Below, piece by piece: positions 49,548 to 63,523 of a stretch of DNA of 64,000 bases; position 1 is the stretch's first letter; each line of letters opens with the position of its first letter. The stretch is from Pseudogymnoascus verrucosus. Its lineage: Eukaryota. Below the pieces are notes generated by a model. The model did not search any database, had not been told where the DNA came from, and saw nothing but the letters and a program-made list of their open reading frames with translations. A program made the translations under genes and the position numbers. The stretch is taken from assembly GCA_001662655.1 (NCBI GenBank), contig KV460206.1. One strand, given 5' to 3'.

Positions 49548-50969
49548 TCACTGAAATGTCTCCTTAAACAGCGAGTCGTACTTCACTTCCACTGCAGCCT
49601 CATCCTCCCAACCTTTGCTGAGGACCTTATCCCTCTCCTCACATGCGGCTATGCCGCCAGATATCACTCGCATACTGCCTTGAGCTCTTGCTCCTTTCAC
49701 CAGTGCTGCAGTCCGGGGTTGTCTCAAGGTTGAGAATTGGTTGAAGACCCGCTGCAGATCCTCAACAGAGATGTCGGCATCGCTTTCATGATCGAAGGTG
49801 GGGAGCATTTGGCTCAAGTGGTAGCAGTCCTCCCTGTAGGAACGGATCTTCAGTAAGCGAGTTCAGTGATGATTATAAACGGTACTCACAATGCTTGGTT
49901 GGCACCTTGTCCGAGATGTGGGCTAGTTGGGTGCGCAGCATCGCCAATCAGAACACAACGTCCTGGTTTGGGGCTATACCACAGCTTTGGTTCAAGATGA
50001 GGTCGATCGTACAACCCGTATTTGATGATTCTTTCAGCTCCACGAATCAGTTCCAATGCTGGACTGCTCCAATCCTTGAAGTCCTCTAATAATGAATCTC
50101 GCTCCAGAATCATTTCAGCTGGGGAGCATATTTTCCATGTTTCCTGTGCTTCGGTCAAGTCTCTTTTTGTAATAGCCCACGATGTTGTGGTAGCAGTAAC
50201 TGGATAGCAGATGAGATGTGCCCTAGGGCCGTACAGGTTGAGAAGACCAGGGCGCTTCTGCAACGATAGTGGTGTAGGGGACATTCCGGCAGTCTGTCTT
50301 AATATTAGCCCCTCTCAACAAAAACCGCAGTAACGGTGGTCCTACCTGCATCAGACCTGTGTAAGTAGCCTCCTCCGGTTGTATTTGGTGCTCTTTCAGT
50401 AGTAAGGCTCTAGACATAGCCTTGATACCATCACACCCAATAAGTATTGATCCTTCCATACGTTTGCCGTCCTCTGAGATCGCTACAACGCTATCTTCCT
50501 TCTCCAAGATGGTTTTTAGTTTCCATCCTTCGTGAACTTCGATGTCTGCGTCGATTAAAGCGTTCTTCAAAGTCAAGTTGAGTGTCGTCCGCTTAATTCC
50601 GCAAGCCGGCTGGCTGTATTTGCTCTGCCACTTAGCAGGAATATATGATACTCCAATGGTCTTTCCGGTATAAGTTTGATCGCGAAGTTCACCAAGATGA
50701 GGCACTTGCTGGGTGACCACGTCTGCGAGGCCCACGAGCGCCAAAATTTTCAATCTGAGTTATGGTAAGTCACTGTTGGGTGAATTGAAGACAGGTGAGG
50801 TAACATACCCATTGGGCATCATCATCAGCGATGCTCCAGCATCTCCCAACTCTCTCACTTTCTCCAATACGACTGGGGTGTAGCCTTTCTTTTTCAGCAA
50901 CAAAGCAATAACCGGCCCAGCAACTCCACAGCCAATAATCAGGACTTTTGGCTCCATATCAACGTTCAT
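49548..50969 (-). CDS. FAD-dependent monooxygenase (salicylate hydroxylase/NicC-like), 3 introns
   Basis: IIGCGVAG, IGCDGIK, LIGDAAHPTSPHLGQGANQALED; start is 50969 or 50957. Confidence 0.88.
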
Positions 50970-51555
50970 GTACTGTTCTACAATTGAATCTTTGAGGGCA
51001 TGGTCTTCCACAGAAGTGATGTTAATTGAATGGGTAGGATAATTATGTATAGACGGTTGAAAGCGATTCTTGACAATAAGTAGACACGACACAATCCAAT
51101 TGCTCAAATATTTTCAACACGATCTCGCGGCAATTGACGTCACAATCCTCTGGAGGCGGAGTGAGTCAGGATTGCATGGTACTAGGGAGATGAATGAATC
51201 TCCTTCAAAATCCGTACCGCGGTCGCTCGGATGTCCCTCGGACTTGTGAAGTACGGACATCGGAGATGCTTATCGCTGGAAGCGGGAAATCCAAACCCAC
51301 CAAAGTTATCAGCTGCCGAAGTTGATGATGGCCTCAGTAAACAGCGTCATGTGCGACGTACCTAGGTAAGGATCTGGGCCGTCAACTAAGCAGTCATCTT
51401 TAAGTCTTCTAAAGCAGTAGTGATTATGGCTTCTAATGTCGAGCTGCTCAACTTTTTTCTACAAAGGTCAAGCACCATTCTGGTTTTTCTTGCGCCAGAT
51501 CAACAAACCTCGCACTTTTCCCACGAAGAGCCTTACATAGCTGTGCAATATCGAA

Positions 51556-54500
51556 ATGGGAAGTATTCTTCCTTTGTACCGGATAGGCGTTGATGTTGGC
51601 GGAACAAACACAGACGCTGTCATTCTCGACCCCAATGGTGCGCTTTGGGAAAACCGAGGAGTTGTTGCATTCCACAAGACCTCGACAACCAGCCCCAATG
51701 TCACAAACGGCATTGAGTCCGCCGTAAGAGCTGTGATTGAGCAATCAGGGATTAGTTTAGGACAAATATCTTCTATCTGCATTGGAACAACGCATTTCAT
51801 CAATGCTGTCGTTGAGCATGATGCGAAACAGCTATCCAAGGTCGCCGTCATTCGCCTTTCGAAAAGCTACACGCGCGATATACCACCTTTCTCTGACTTC
51901 CCGCCTGCCCTAGCCAAGCTTATGAACGGTTACTATGGATATGTGAATGGTGGCCTTCATATCGATGGCTCTCAAGAAAGTCCAGTACTCAAAGACCAGG
52001 TGATCCAGCAGTGCAATATCATTAAAGAAAAGGGACTTAACACGATCGTCATCTGCGGGGTGTTTTCCCCAATCGACACACACTTTCGTCAGGAACACCA
52101 AGTTCGGAATATAGTGCTTGAGCAACTGCCCGGTGCGGATGTGGTTTGCTCGTCTGAAGTCGCGAACATGGGGTTCTTGGAGCGAGAAAATGCGTCTATC
52201 CTCAACGCATCCATATTGAAATTTGCACGAAGAACGATTGCAAGCTTCAAAGCGGCTATGCGGAGGCTCCAACTAGACTGCCCTCTATATCTGACACAAA
52301 ACGATGGGACACTGATTGATGCTGCGGCCGCTGCCAGGCTCCCTATTCGGACCTTCTCCTCAGGGGCTACCAATTCCATGAGAGGTGCAGCTTACCTAGG
52401 ATTATCTTCTTCTCAGGGTACAAAAAACACATCTGCGATAGTCATTGACATTGGCGGGACTACCAGCGACGTTGGAGTTCTGTTGCCTTCTGGTTACCCA
52501 AGACAGGCATCGGCATTCGTCACTGTTGCGGGAATCAGGATCAACTATAACATGCCTCATGTCGAATCAATCGGTTTAGGTGGTGGCTCTATTATCAAAG
52601 TTAACGTACATGGCGATGTTACCGTTGGGCCCACATCAGTCGGGTATCAATTGACTACAAAGGCGAAGATATTCCACGGCGATGTTCTTACTGCTACAGA
52701 CATCGCTGTAGCCCACGACCCAAGTATCAAGATTGGGAATCCAGCCCTTGTCAAAGACGTTTCAACAGAAAATATTACGCAGGCACGGAGGAAGATGAAA
52801 GTCATGTTGGAGCGCGTCATTGATATTATGAAGACGTCTCCGGACCCCCTCCCAGTTCTCTTGGTGGGAGGTGGCTCGGCCATCGCCCCCAACGAACTAG
52901 ATGGCGTCTCTACTATTATCCGACCACCCTTTCACCAAGTTGCAAACGCTGTTGGTGCTGCTATCTCGAAGGCTGGCAGTACAGTAGATATCATCCAAAG
53001 CACAGCTAATCAGACTGTGGCAGATGCGTTGGAGCATGCGAAATTGGCTGCCATCGAGGCGGCTGTTGCGATTGGCGCGATTCGTGGAACAATTTCGATA
53101 ACGGAGATGGGATCAATTCCATTGCAGTATGTTGAGCATCAGATTCGAACTTTGGTCCGGGTTGCAGGTGATCTGTCCACAGATTTTGCAGCCGTTGATG
53201 ACATTACGTCCGACCACCTTCATGATGAGGAACATGAAGACGAAGCAATTTCAGTCGAATCAAAGCACAAAAGATGCATCGAGGATGCCCCGAAACCTTT
53301 AGATATTGAAACATACCGTCCAAAAATCATTACGAACTCAGAAACAGGGATTTCAGAGTGGATCATCTCTGAGACTGATCTTATCTGGCTTGCGGATGGT
53401 TGCTATGTGCTTGGTTGTGCTGGGGGAGGGACGCCACTCCCTGAGTTCTTGAAGCTACGCGATCAGGTTCGAGCTGGTCATATTATCCGAGTTGTTGATG
53501 CATCTTCACTAGCCAAAGACGCAAGAATATACTGGGGTGGAAACATGGGGTCTCCAGCGGTATCCGCAGAACGTCTGTCAGCAGGAGAACTGCTTGAGTG
53601 TATTGATGAGATGATGTATTATCTTCGCCACGACTCGTTCGATGCCGTAATGAGCGTCGAAATTGGAGGTGCAAATGGACTTCAACCACTATTGTGGGGC
53701 TCCTCTAAAAACTACAATCGTGTCTGCGTGGATGCAGATTTAATGGGTAAGAACTCTTCCTGAACTCGTGAAAGTATTATATTCATGTGACTAATTTCTC
53801 GCAGGACGAGCATATCCAAACTACTGGCAGAACACCCTAACAGCACACGAATCGGGCCAGTTAGTTCCCTGCGCTATTGCATCTGGAAATGGAAAGGCAA
53901 TGATAATGACGAGAACCGACGAAGACTTGGACGTCGACCGAGTCCTGCGAGCACCTGCTATCGAGATGGGAAGCTACGTCGGAATGATTGGGAAGCCCAC
54001 AACCGCAGATCATGTAGAAAGATATGGCGTGCTGAATACCATGTCTTCTGCATGGAGAATCGGTCGATGCATCAATCGCGCTAAACTGAGCAACACAATC
54101 GGAACCGTGACGGATCAAATCATTGACGAGCTTGGGGGCTCATCTGCAGCCAAGTTATTGTTTACAGGAAAGATCATCGGGGTCGAACGTAAACTCCTCA
54201 AGGGCCATTCATACGGTGAGGTGATTGTGGAAGAGATGCCCGCAAGCGAAGAAGACAAGCGCAAACTCGCGTACGCGCCTACTGCGCAAGGGGGCCAGCT
54301 GAGAGTGCCGTTTAAAAACGAGAACATCTACGCAAAGCACATCGCTGAAGATGGCACTGAGACATTCGTCGCTATGGTGCCTGATTTGATAGCCATTCTT
54401 GACGCGCAAACTGGCAAGGCTCTCGGAGTTCCGGAGTTCAGATACGGTGTGATTGTGCACGTTCTAGGCATTGCTGCTTCGCCGAGATGGACTGATAGTC

Positions 54501-54607
54501 CTAGAGGTCTGGAAATTGGTGGCCTAGGCGCGTTTGGTTATGATATTCCTTACAAGCCATTGGGTACATATGTTAAGCCAAAGAGCGTAGTACTGGAGTT
54601 TGCATAG
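51556..54607 (+). CDS. Hydantoinase/oxoprolinase-like domain fused to DUF917 domain, 1 intron
   Basis: IGVDVGGTNTDA, GTTHFINA, ERENASILNA, SGATNSMRGA, DIGGTTSD, ANAVGAA; DUF917 part LGCAGGG, EIGGANG, spliced DLMGRAYP (intron 53747-53804), FKNEN, VPDLI. Confidence 0.9.
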
Positions 54608-55545
54608 GCATTTTAAACGTTCATTTTCTGGTTTCGGACGTAGAATGGAAGGGTTATATGCCGTGGTCTTTCAGCATAGCTCAGACTCACTGTTGGTTGG
54701 GAACTGAGAGCTAGATCGTTTATGAATTCAGAAGTCCTTTAATAGTCCAACTGAATGCTGGGATCATTGGAAGTGACGCAGGAAATATACGTAACGTAGG
54801 TTTCATTGTTATCTGAAGGAGGAAATTTCTTTTAGTGTCCGGTATAATTTAACCATGTTGATCTATCAACTCCCGCAATTCAATTTTCCAGAAACTACAG
54901 ACACAGGTGTTCAAGTCCTACTATCAACTCTACCACCACTGCCATCCAATCCGCAACCCGGTCATGAATGCCCCCAACCAACCGAATAAAATGTTATGCT
55001 ACACTACACTTGCTCTCTCGACTAAAATCGACGACGATGCTGCGGAAATCAGAACGGCGAGCGAAGCCTGCACAACATCAACATTCTTTAGAGCCTAATT
55101 GGGCTTGATTTGGTGGAGCCATGGTGGTTCAAGAATGTTGAGAAGTAAAAAATGGGGGGCGCGTGGCCCGCTCGCTTGTATGGCCCGCTTACCTATCAAG
55201 TACGTTAAGTTAACAACGTTCAGTTAACTTACTGGTGGTAGTACAGTACGGTAACACAACTGTCACTGACTCGCATTCAACGACCAACCGTGACTCTGTT
55301 TGACTCTGTCCCTTATCTTGCCTACGAGTATCTCTTACCTTGGGACTCGCAATACCGTATATGCGTCCATCGACCATCGACCATCGACCATCGCGACTCA
55401 CGATTTCCATGTCCTCTGATCCAGCCGGGGGTCTGTCACAGCACGTCACCGGCGGTTAAGGACCCGGCTTCATCACCTAAGCGAGGAACTTTTGACCAAC
55501 GCAGCTTGTGCAGCTCATGTCCACGGGCCCGTGACATTATCAGAT

Positions 55546-58092
55546 ATGTCGCCGCAACCCACGCCACAGATCACAGACCATGGTAACAACACTGGTGAGG
55601 GCTCGGATGAAGGACTACGACAGGACATCCAGCCGCAACATCATCAACAGGAGCATCAGCAACAGGTGAAGAGTCGCGCGCTCAGCTGCCTTCCATGTCG
55701 CGAACACAAGCTCAAGTGTGATCGCCAGGTACCTTGCAAGAGCTGTGTACGGTCGAACCGTGTGGATCACTGTCGCAAGCATCCTGCCCCTATCGGAAGG
55801 AATGGGGCGCGTAGGCTCACTGCACAAAGAGCAGCTGCCATCCGTCGCTCTAACAGCGCGCAGTTACCTCAATGTCAGGATCAGAATCAGGATCAGAATC
55901 AGGATCAGGGCCAAACTCAGAGCCAAAATCAGGACCAGAATATAGACCAGCGCATCGCTCGGAACCAGACTCTGCGATCTCCAACTTCCAGCTACCAAGA
56001 AAATTCCTTGGACGCCGCAAGAAGCAGCGCCTCAAGCAGCCATGGCCAGCAACCTGTCGATGCCAGATATCAGAATACCTCTTTACCTGGAACTACGCTC
56101 AATCAGACCTCACGGTATCCCGTCAAGAGAGTCAGCACTGTCCACATGACCAACGTCTATGATTTACTCGAGTGTCAAAACCCCCCTCCTCATTTTCGCT
56201 CAAGTACCGGAGCAAGCATTCCCGTTCTAACACATTTCAATTCGGCCCATCCGACATCGCTGCCGGGTGTTTTAGACTCTACAAGTCGTGGAATATCGGA
56301 TGAAGATGACCAAGAATCGATCTGGAAACGCCATCTTTGTAGTTTACTACCTACACAGAGCCAGTGCGATTTATTGACTTGTTACTACTATGAAAATATT
56401 AATTGGATTTTTCAGTCCATTCACATCCCATCCTTTCGTAAGGACTATGCTCAATTTTGGAACAGCGATGTGGACGACGTGGACCTTATTTGGATGTCTC
56501 TACTGTACACTATTCTGTCTATAAGTGGGCTGTATATTCCCCTCGAGACAGCTAAGGTTGTAGGTTTTGAGTCGTCCAAAGTGCGGTCTCTTGCGCATAA
56601 GTGGCATTCCGCCTCAAGACAAGCCTTACACGCTGGTGGGTTTGAGGCAAGACCATGCATTACACAACTACAAACTTTCTCGATAACCCAATTGTATTGG
56701 TATGCGACGAATAAAATTGAAGTTTTGAACTCGTAAGTCTCCGACCCACGGCTCAGCTGTTTTGCTTCCCGATATAAACTCTGAATGACTATTAGTGCTA
56801 TGGCGCAAGCTGTCCGGAACGCTCAAGCCATAGGACTTGACAAAGATATTGCAGTCTCCACCTCCTTGGAAAGGGAAATGCGGCACCGTGCTTGGTGGGA
56901 CTTATGTGATTCGGACACGTAAGTTCATAAGTTTGCTCTCTTGTTCCAAATTGAGTCCCTCTTAACCTTGCATAGATTTCAATCTATGTGTCTCAACAGA
57001 CCGCCTCTAATACAAGCACGACTATCTAAAGTTCCATTTCCTCTCAACTGCAATGATCTCGATATTACGGAAACATCAATTCTTGCTCGACCGATTGATC
57101 AGCCAACAGAAATGAGTATGCATTACTTTAGAGCCAAGGTGTTCAAGATCTTGAACCGACTCTATCTTGATGATAGTGCCCACGTCCTATCATATGATTT
57201 CGTGAGCGGCATCGACGCTGAGATCATGGCTGTTGTTGATGAGTTTCCATGGTACATGAAGATTGAAGATGGATCATGTGCCAACTTACCCCCGTCCCTT
57301 GAGTTTATCCTGTGGCAATTTCATATTCTTCATACTTGTATTTGTACTCAGCGGATTCGTATGTATCGATCATTCCTTCACCCGCGTGTGGGCGACTCTT
57401 GGCCAAAGTGCACCAGAGCAGCAGAGGATTCATTCATCGTGTATCGCAACATCCGAGATGGAGCCGGTGACGAATTTACAAAGTCTCAAAAATTCCTCGG
57501 ACAAGCCTACCAAGTCTTCTCTGTCGCTGTCGCTATAGCTGCACTGTTGATTGTGGAACGATCTGCACAGAACCCGAATTTACGCAGCGATATAGAGATG
57601 GCTATCGTCGATCTTGGAACTCTAGACAGTAGCGAGACTACAGTTTCTCTCGCCTCGGATGGAAGAAAGGTCCTCATACGAATGCTGGCCATCTATGACC
57701 AGCGGGGTGCGGCATCTCCAGCAGAATCAGAAGATCTCGTGACTGGGATCTCTACAGTTTTCGGCGGCGAGCAGACAGCTCGATCATATTTGAGGAGGTG
57801 CAAGATACGAACACTCCAGAAAAACAACTCTGGAGCATCTTCTCAGCCCACAAACCTTATCCATCGACAGGTCGGCAGGGAGTTCATATATTCGCAGGAG
57901 ACTGCCGTAGGAATAGATGTGACGAGCCAAGATGGATTTTTTAGTAATGCTGAAATGGCACTGCAACAACTGCCAGCGGAAGATGGCGCTAATGCGTATA
58001 ATTTCCAACAGATGGATTTGGATATTCCCCTGGAGTTTTTCAACTGTTGGCCTGCTGAGTCTCTTGTACCTTATTTGGAGTATCCTCCATAA
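55546..58092 (+). CDS. Zn(II)2Cys6 transcription factor with fungal-specific TF domain, 2 introns
   Basis: CLPCREHKLKCDRQVPCKSCVRSNRVDHC; QDQN repeat linker; EMRHRAWWDL, PLNCND. Confidence 0.9.
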
Positions 58093-58300
58093 GCGCTGTT
58101 AGGAATGTGAATATGAATAAAATAATTATTACTCAGAGGGAAAGTCCGAGACGCGTAAGAATTGGCTTTCGAGCGTACGTATCATTACTCCGAGAGTGCA
58201 CGGACCATGGTATTTAACCAAGACGCCAAATACTATATAATATCTATTTCGGAATCCCGCATGTTTTTCTATCTCAAACTCCGAGTAACTCCGAACGCAA

Positions 58301-60393
58301 ATGGAAATGGCGTCCGCAGTTCAAATAGCGGATTATGGAAAATGGGAAAGTCCCATTACAGCTGAACTATTGTCTGGGTATTCTATCACTCTGAACGAAG
58401 TGCAGACTAATGTGCGTTTTTTTGGTGATGTTGCGTATTCCATTGCTGGACCTTCGCTGGCGAGATGATTCTGCTGATATAAGAAAAAGCCCAAGACAGG
58501 TGCCATCTATGTGATTGAAGGACGACCTGCAGAAAATGGTCGCTGTTGCATCGTTGAGTACCTTGGCTCAGAGACCAGAGATATACTACCGGAAGGCTAC
58601 AATGCCAGAAGCAGAATTCATGAATACGGAGGAGGGGCTTTTGCAATAGGTCCCAATGGAACCTTGATCTTCACTGACTGGGAGACCAACGGCATCTTTG
58701 CGCTTTCGCCTTCCTCGGGGGATCCCAAACCTCTTATACACGCCAAATCCCACCTCTGCTTCGCAGATTTCAGCGTACACCCCATTCACGAGCAATGGAT
58801 TCTAGCAGTCCAAGAAGATCGCTCTCTTTCCCCCATTCAAAACTCAATCGTTGCAATTGAGGCAACTACCAAGGAAACATTCATCGTTACACAGGGCGCT
58901 GATTTCTACTCGCACCCTCGTTTCAATCACGACGGGACAGAAATATGCTGGACTCAATGGAGTCACCCTGACATGGCATGGAACGGCACGGAACTGTTCA
59001 GAGCCACATGGCATCCAGGGACTGTAGCATCGGGCACAAAGATTGCTGGAGCAGCCGGTACTGAGAGTATTTGCCAACCAAGGTGGGGTCCAGATGGAAC
59101 GCTCTTCTTTGTCAGTGATCGGTCAGGTTATTGGCAACTTTACCGCATAAATCCAGGCGCCGAGACTTCAGAACATGTATGCTTGAAGGGATTGGAGACT
59201 TCTGATTTTGGCGAGCGGGAATTTTGGTTGGGCAAGTAAGTTGATGGTTAATACAAGCATAACCTATGGTGTCTTATACTAACGATAAAATAAGCTGTAC
59301 TTACGTCTCATTGACTAGCAGTACGATTCTTTCAAGCTACACTAAGGACGCAACAAGTGCTCTTGTGGTTATCAACTTAGACACGAACAAGTACACTGAC
59401 CTGCCACTTGGTTTGGTTGACATTCAGCACAGTGCAATTAAAAGACTCTCCGATTCATCTTTCGTGGTGATAGGTGCATCTGAAAAAGCCCCAAGATCAC
59501 TGTATCTCGTCGAGATAACAGAGCCTGCATTTAAGAAGCTCATCAAGTCATCTATAGAAGTGGAACTACCAGAAGTACTATATTCCACACCACAGATGAT
59601 TGAATTTCCGAGGGTGTATGGCGAATTTCGTTCAGGCTCTGGTCATGCCATTTATCTACCTCCCAATAATCCAGCATATCAGGCGCCTGCAGGGGAGCAG
59701 CCGCCACTCATCGTGTCCCTTCACGGTGGGCCCACATCGCATGTCTCTCCTGGTCTGCTATTAGAAACACAATATTGGACCTCGCGAGGCTACGCATATG
59801 TGCACGTGAACTATGCTGGGTCTACGGGGTACGGCCGAGCTTACCGGGATCTGTTAAAGCAACGATGGGGAGTCATAGATGATGCCGATGCCGCAAGCTG
59901 TGTTGCACACTTGATATCGCTTTCATACGTTAATCCAGCGAAAATCGGTATCGTTGGAGCCAGCGCCGGCGGATACACTGTCCTTCAAGCACTCTGTGGC
60001 TATCCCGATGTTTGGGCTGGTGGTGTGAGCTATTTTGGAATTGGCAATTTGAAACCTCTTGCTGTAATGATGCATAAGTTCGAAAGCTACTATATCGATC
60101 AGCTTCTCTTCTCGATAGGAACGCCTCTGGAAGATCAAGCTCGGATTTTTGAAGAAAGAAGCCCTTATTACAAGGCTGGTAATATCGCTTCCCCAATCTT
60201 ACTCTTGCAAGGCACGGAAGACACGGTGGTTCCGCCAAGTCAGGCAATTGATATGGAACGGATGATTAAAGAGACGGGCGGGACAGTGAAGCTTGTCCTT
60301 TTTGAAGGAGAAGGACACGGATTTCGACAGATGCATAGCTTGAAGACAGCTATTGTACTGGAGGAAGAATGGTGGAGGAAGACTTTGTTGTAA
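58301..60393 (+). CDS. S9 family serine peptidase (dipeptidyl aminopeptidase/acylaminoacyl peptidase-like), 2 introns
   Basis: Exon 1 YGKWESPITAE (intron 58412-58483); HEYGGG; HGGPT; GASAGG (Ser); QGTEDTVV (Asp); GEGHGF (His). Confidence 0.9.
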
Positions 60394-60904
60394 CTGAGCT
60401 TCAATATTGACTGGAGGTTTGCAAGGTTTACCAAATAGAAACGAGAATACAGTCATTAATTACGGTTATGCATCATAAACCCATAACAATAGGTTCATTG
60501 TCTGGGTATATTCGAAGTCGAGCTCTCTTAGTCCCAACAGCAACCGTAAATCGGGAGTGTTAAATAGACCTGAAGACCCAGTCTCTTACGGTGATGTTTC
60601 TATCACTCACCAGCCAGCATAATACAAGTACTATTAAACTAAGGATCCTCTATCTCAGTATGACTGAGTAGAGGCACAGTATAGTGGGAAGCAAGCAGGG
60701 TAGAATCAGTAGTATTGAGTTGACTAAAGAGCAAAGATCTGTGTGATGCGCTCAAGTATGTATCTGCTCTTGTATCCACGTGACAGCCTAGCCCTATGCG
60801 GCGTAGTCTGTCCGGACCTCTGCATCTGCACTGAACTACCTGTTTCCTTAACAAGTACAGCAATTTCTTCATCCTTATTTGCTCCAAATATAATGCTGAA
60901 CCAC

Positions 60905-62057
60905 CTACGTGACCGAGTACCCACCGTCGACAATAATATCCGTGCCGGTTGCGAAGCTAGAGGCATCAGACGCGAGATAGAGGTAAGCACCTTTCATCTC
61001 TCCCGGAAGAGCCAACCGACTGAGAAAATGCCACCATCAGCATGAGACAACAGCATAAATGGCAAGGGAATCTCGAGCTGGGGGAGCAATGAGGAAAACA
61101 AGAGGATACATACCCCATGGGAGTCTTGTTTTTGAAATGGGTCAAGAGTTCTTCTGGAACTTGATGCATGACCTCTGAGGCCACATAACCCGGAGAGACT
61201 ATATTACAGCGCGCAAACCCAACCCATTCTACTGCGAGAGATTTGCCTGTACAGTGAAGGTCAGATGTCTGCTCAAGGAGTGCTCAGCCCCGTGGGCATG
61301 ATCTCGACTCACAAAGATGTATGACAGCCGCCTTGGAAGCATTGTAAGGCGCCTGCTTCAATGGGATATTTACGACATGTCCACACATGCTCGCTGTAGC
61401 GATGAAACTGCCCTGCTTAAAGCCTGCGAGATTGTTGCCATCCATTGTCGTGCCTTCTGCTGCCTGTCTTCGCCAGTGCTTTCCTGCGGCCCGGGCGCAG
61501 AAGAAGACGCCGTCGAGATTCGTGGCCATTACTTTGCGGTAGTGCGAAGTGTCGCCGTCAACCGCATCGCCTTGAAGCCATGGCACGCCGCTATTGGCAA
61601 CAAATACGTCGAGACGGCCGTTGAATTCCCGAACGATTTGATTGATTGTTTCTTCGATATCCAGCTCCGCTGTCACGTCTAGCTTGTATGCTCGACCTAG
61701 AAATATCAGATGAACTGATAACAATGGCGGTCTTTCACCAGTTTGAGAAGAAAACAAAACGCAGGCGAGGGGAATAGAGGACTCTGACACTCAAATAAAC
61801 TCACATTGCACATTGTATGTTTTCTCAATCGCCTTTGCGCCCTCGATGGCTTTGTCCTTGTTACTATTATAGGTAAACGCGACGTTAGCACCTGATTCCG
61901 CGAGTGCTTGAACGACTGCATGGCCAATTCCTGAAGCGGCTCCTGTTACGATGGCCGTCCTTCCTTTAAGCGAAAATAAGGGCAAGATTCGATCGGCCGC
62001 CTGTGCTACTGTATTATTATGCACAAAGTCGCCTCCATTGAATATTGGGCGTGACAT
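60905..62057 (-). CDS. SDR, L-xylulose/sorbose reductase or NADP-mannitol dehydrogenase-like, 3 introns
   Basis: [25 protein letters not shown], last exon [28 protein letters not shown]. Confidence 0.9.
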
Positions 62058-62818
62058 GGTTATTCACTGGGGACGTGAAGAGCAGCAACTCAAATGCAGG
62101 TAGAGGCAACGAGTTGACGGTTGTAAGAGGAACAACAAGGATGATATTAAAAACCTGCGGTTAACAGAGTCGTAGCTTGTCCTTCCAAATCCAAAAGTAA
62201 GCACTATTAGAAAATTCAGGTACTTAGCTAGCAACCAAGCTTCGGAGTTATGTCATGGCTATAAACCCTCGTTCTACTTAATCCGATATTAGAAAACAGG
62301 TGACTAGATCATGTCAAGTGCAGAGGTTGAAGGCTAATGACCCAGACCAAATATCTCGGAGCTTTGTGATAAGGTGTGTCAATTGCATCCTCAAGGGCAT
62401 GTGAGAATAAGCTAGCTGTAGGTATCGTAATCTGTAATCGAAGAGCTATGTCCGCCGCCTCTTACCCTACGGAATGGCTAGTATCCATTCGTGGAGATTG
62501 TTTCTGTCCCAATTCCGGACCTTCAAACATCGGTGGACATAGATTGTGGGTTGACGAATAGCCGGCTTTCCGTGATGCCAAACTCCGGGCTTTGGTAGCT
62601 CCGCGTATTCACTCTGTTTTACGCCTTAGATTCCACCTTAATCAACTACAAAGTATGCACAAACTCCACTTAAGCTTATTAATTATTCTTCCAGCTTTGC
62701 TTATATCTGGCGACAGCTTTCTGTCCGGTTTACGAAGGCTTTCATTAAAACTGAGATATTACCGAACTTTGCATATCAACCTCAGAATCAACCAGACACC
62801 CACAAGATATCTTGAACC

Positions 62819-63206
62819 ATGACTTCCACGACAGAATCAACGATATACAAACTTATTTTCTCTGTACCGGTCTCGCATTTTGCCGCTGTCAAAGCTGCTG
62901 TCCACACTTCTGGTGCCGGCAATTTCCCAGGCTACACCGGCGTGAGCTTTCAGACTCAAGGCATGAGTGTTTTCTTGCCGAGTGGTGCGACAGAGCCAAA
63001 CGAAATGGCTGAAACGAAGGTAGAGGTCTTTTGTTCCGGAAGAGTTCAAGCGGTTGCAGCCGTGGGGGCAATGAAGAAGTAAGTGATATTTTGCTCAACG
63101 ACTGGAGTTTGGGGGGATGGTATGGAAAATGGTGACTAACGTTCTATGAAGGTCACATCCGTACAAGGCCGTCTCTTATGCTGTCTTCAAGGCGGAGAAT
63201 ATCTAG
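62819..63206 (+). CDS. Small PII/GlnB-like fold protein (YqfO/NIF3 insertion-domain-like), 1 intron
   Basis: YKLIFSVPVSH..AVKAAV..SGAG, KVEVFC, spliced AMKKSHPYKAVSY (intron 63079-63151). Confidence 0.65.
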
Positions 63207-63523
63207 GGACTTAGAGAAGGAAGCAGCGATACTTTGAAACCATATTCGCCTGTGGCTATGGCTTATGAGGAGGATACACTCATCTAAATTATGGACGCAC
63301 TTTTCTATACTTGAGAAAGAGAAAATTTGGTTTCGACTTCAGGAAACCAACTGAACTTCCTTTTTCATTTAATGCATCATAACATACCTTTCTCACATTG
63401 TCAAGTTTACGAAGGTCATGCAGACGGGTTTAAATAAGATAGATGAGACCTAATCTTAAAGTTTATTTCGACAGCCTACATACACACTGTCTTATAGTTC
63501 TTAATACATTCATTGAGTAATAT

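Noticed and set aside
55875..55940. 12-bp CAGGATCAGAAT tandem repeat
   Set aside because: Coding QDQN low-complexity linker of the TF; no spacers, not CRISPR-like.
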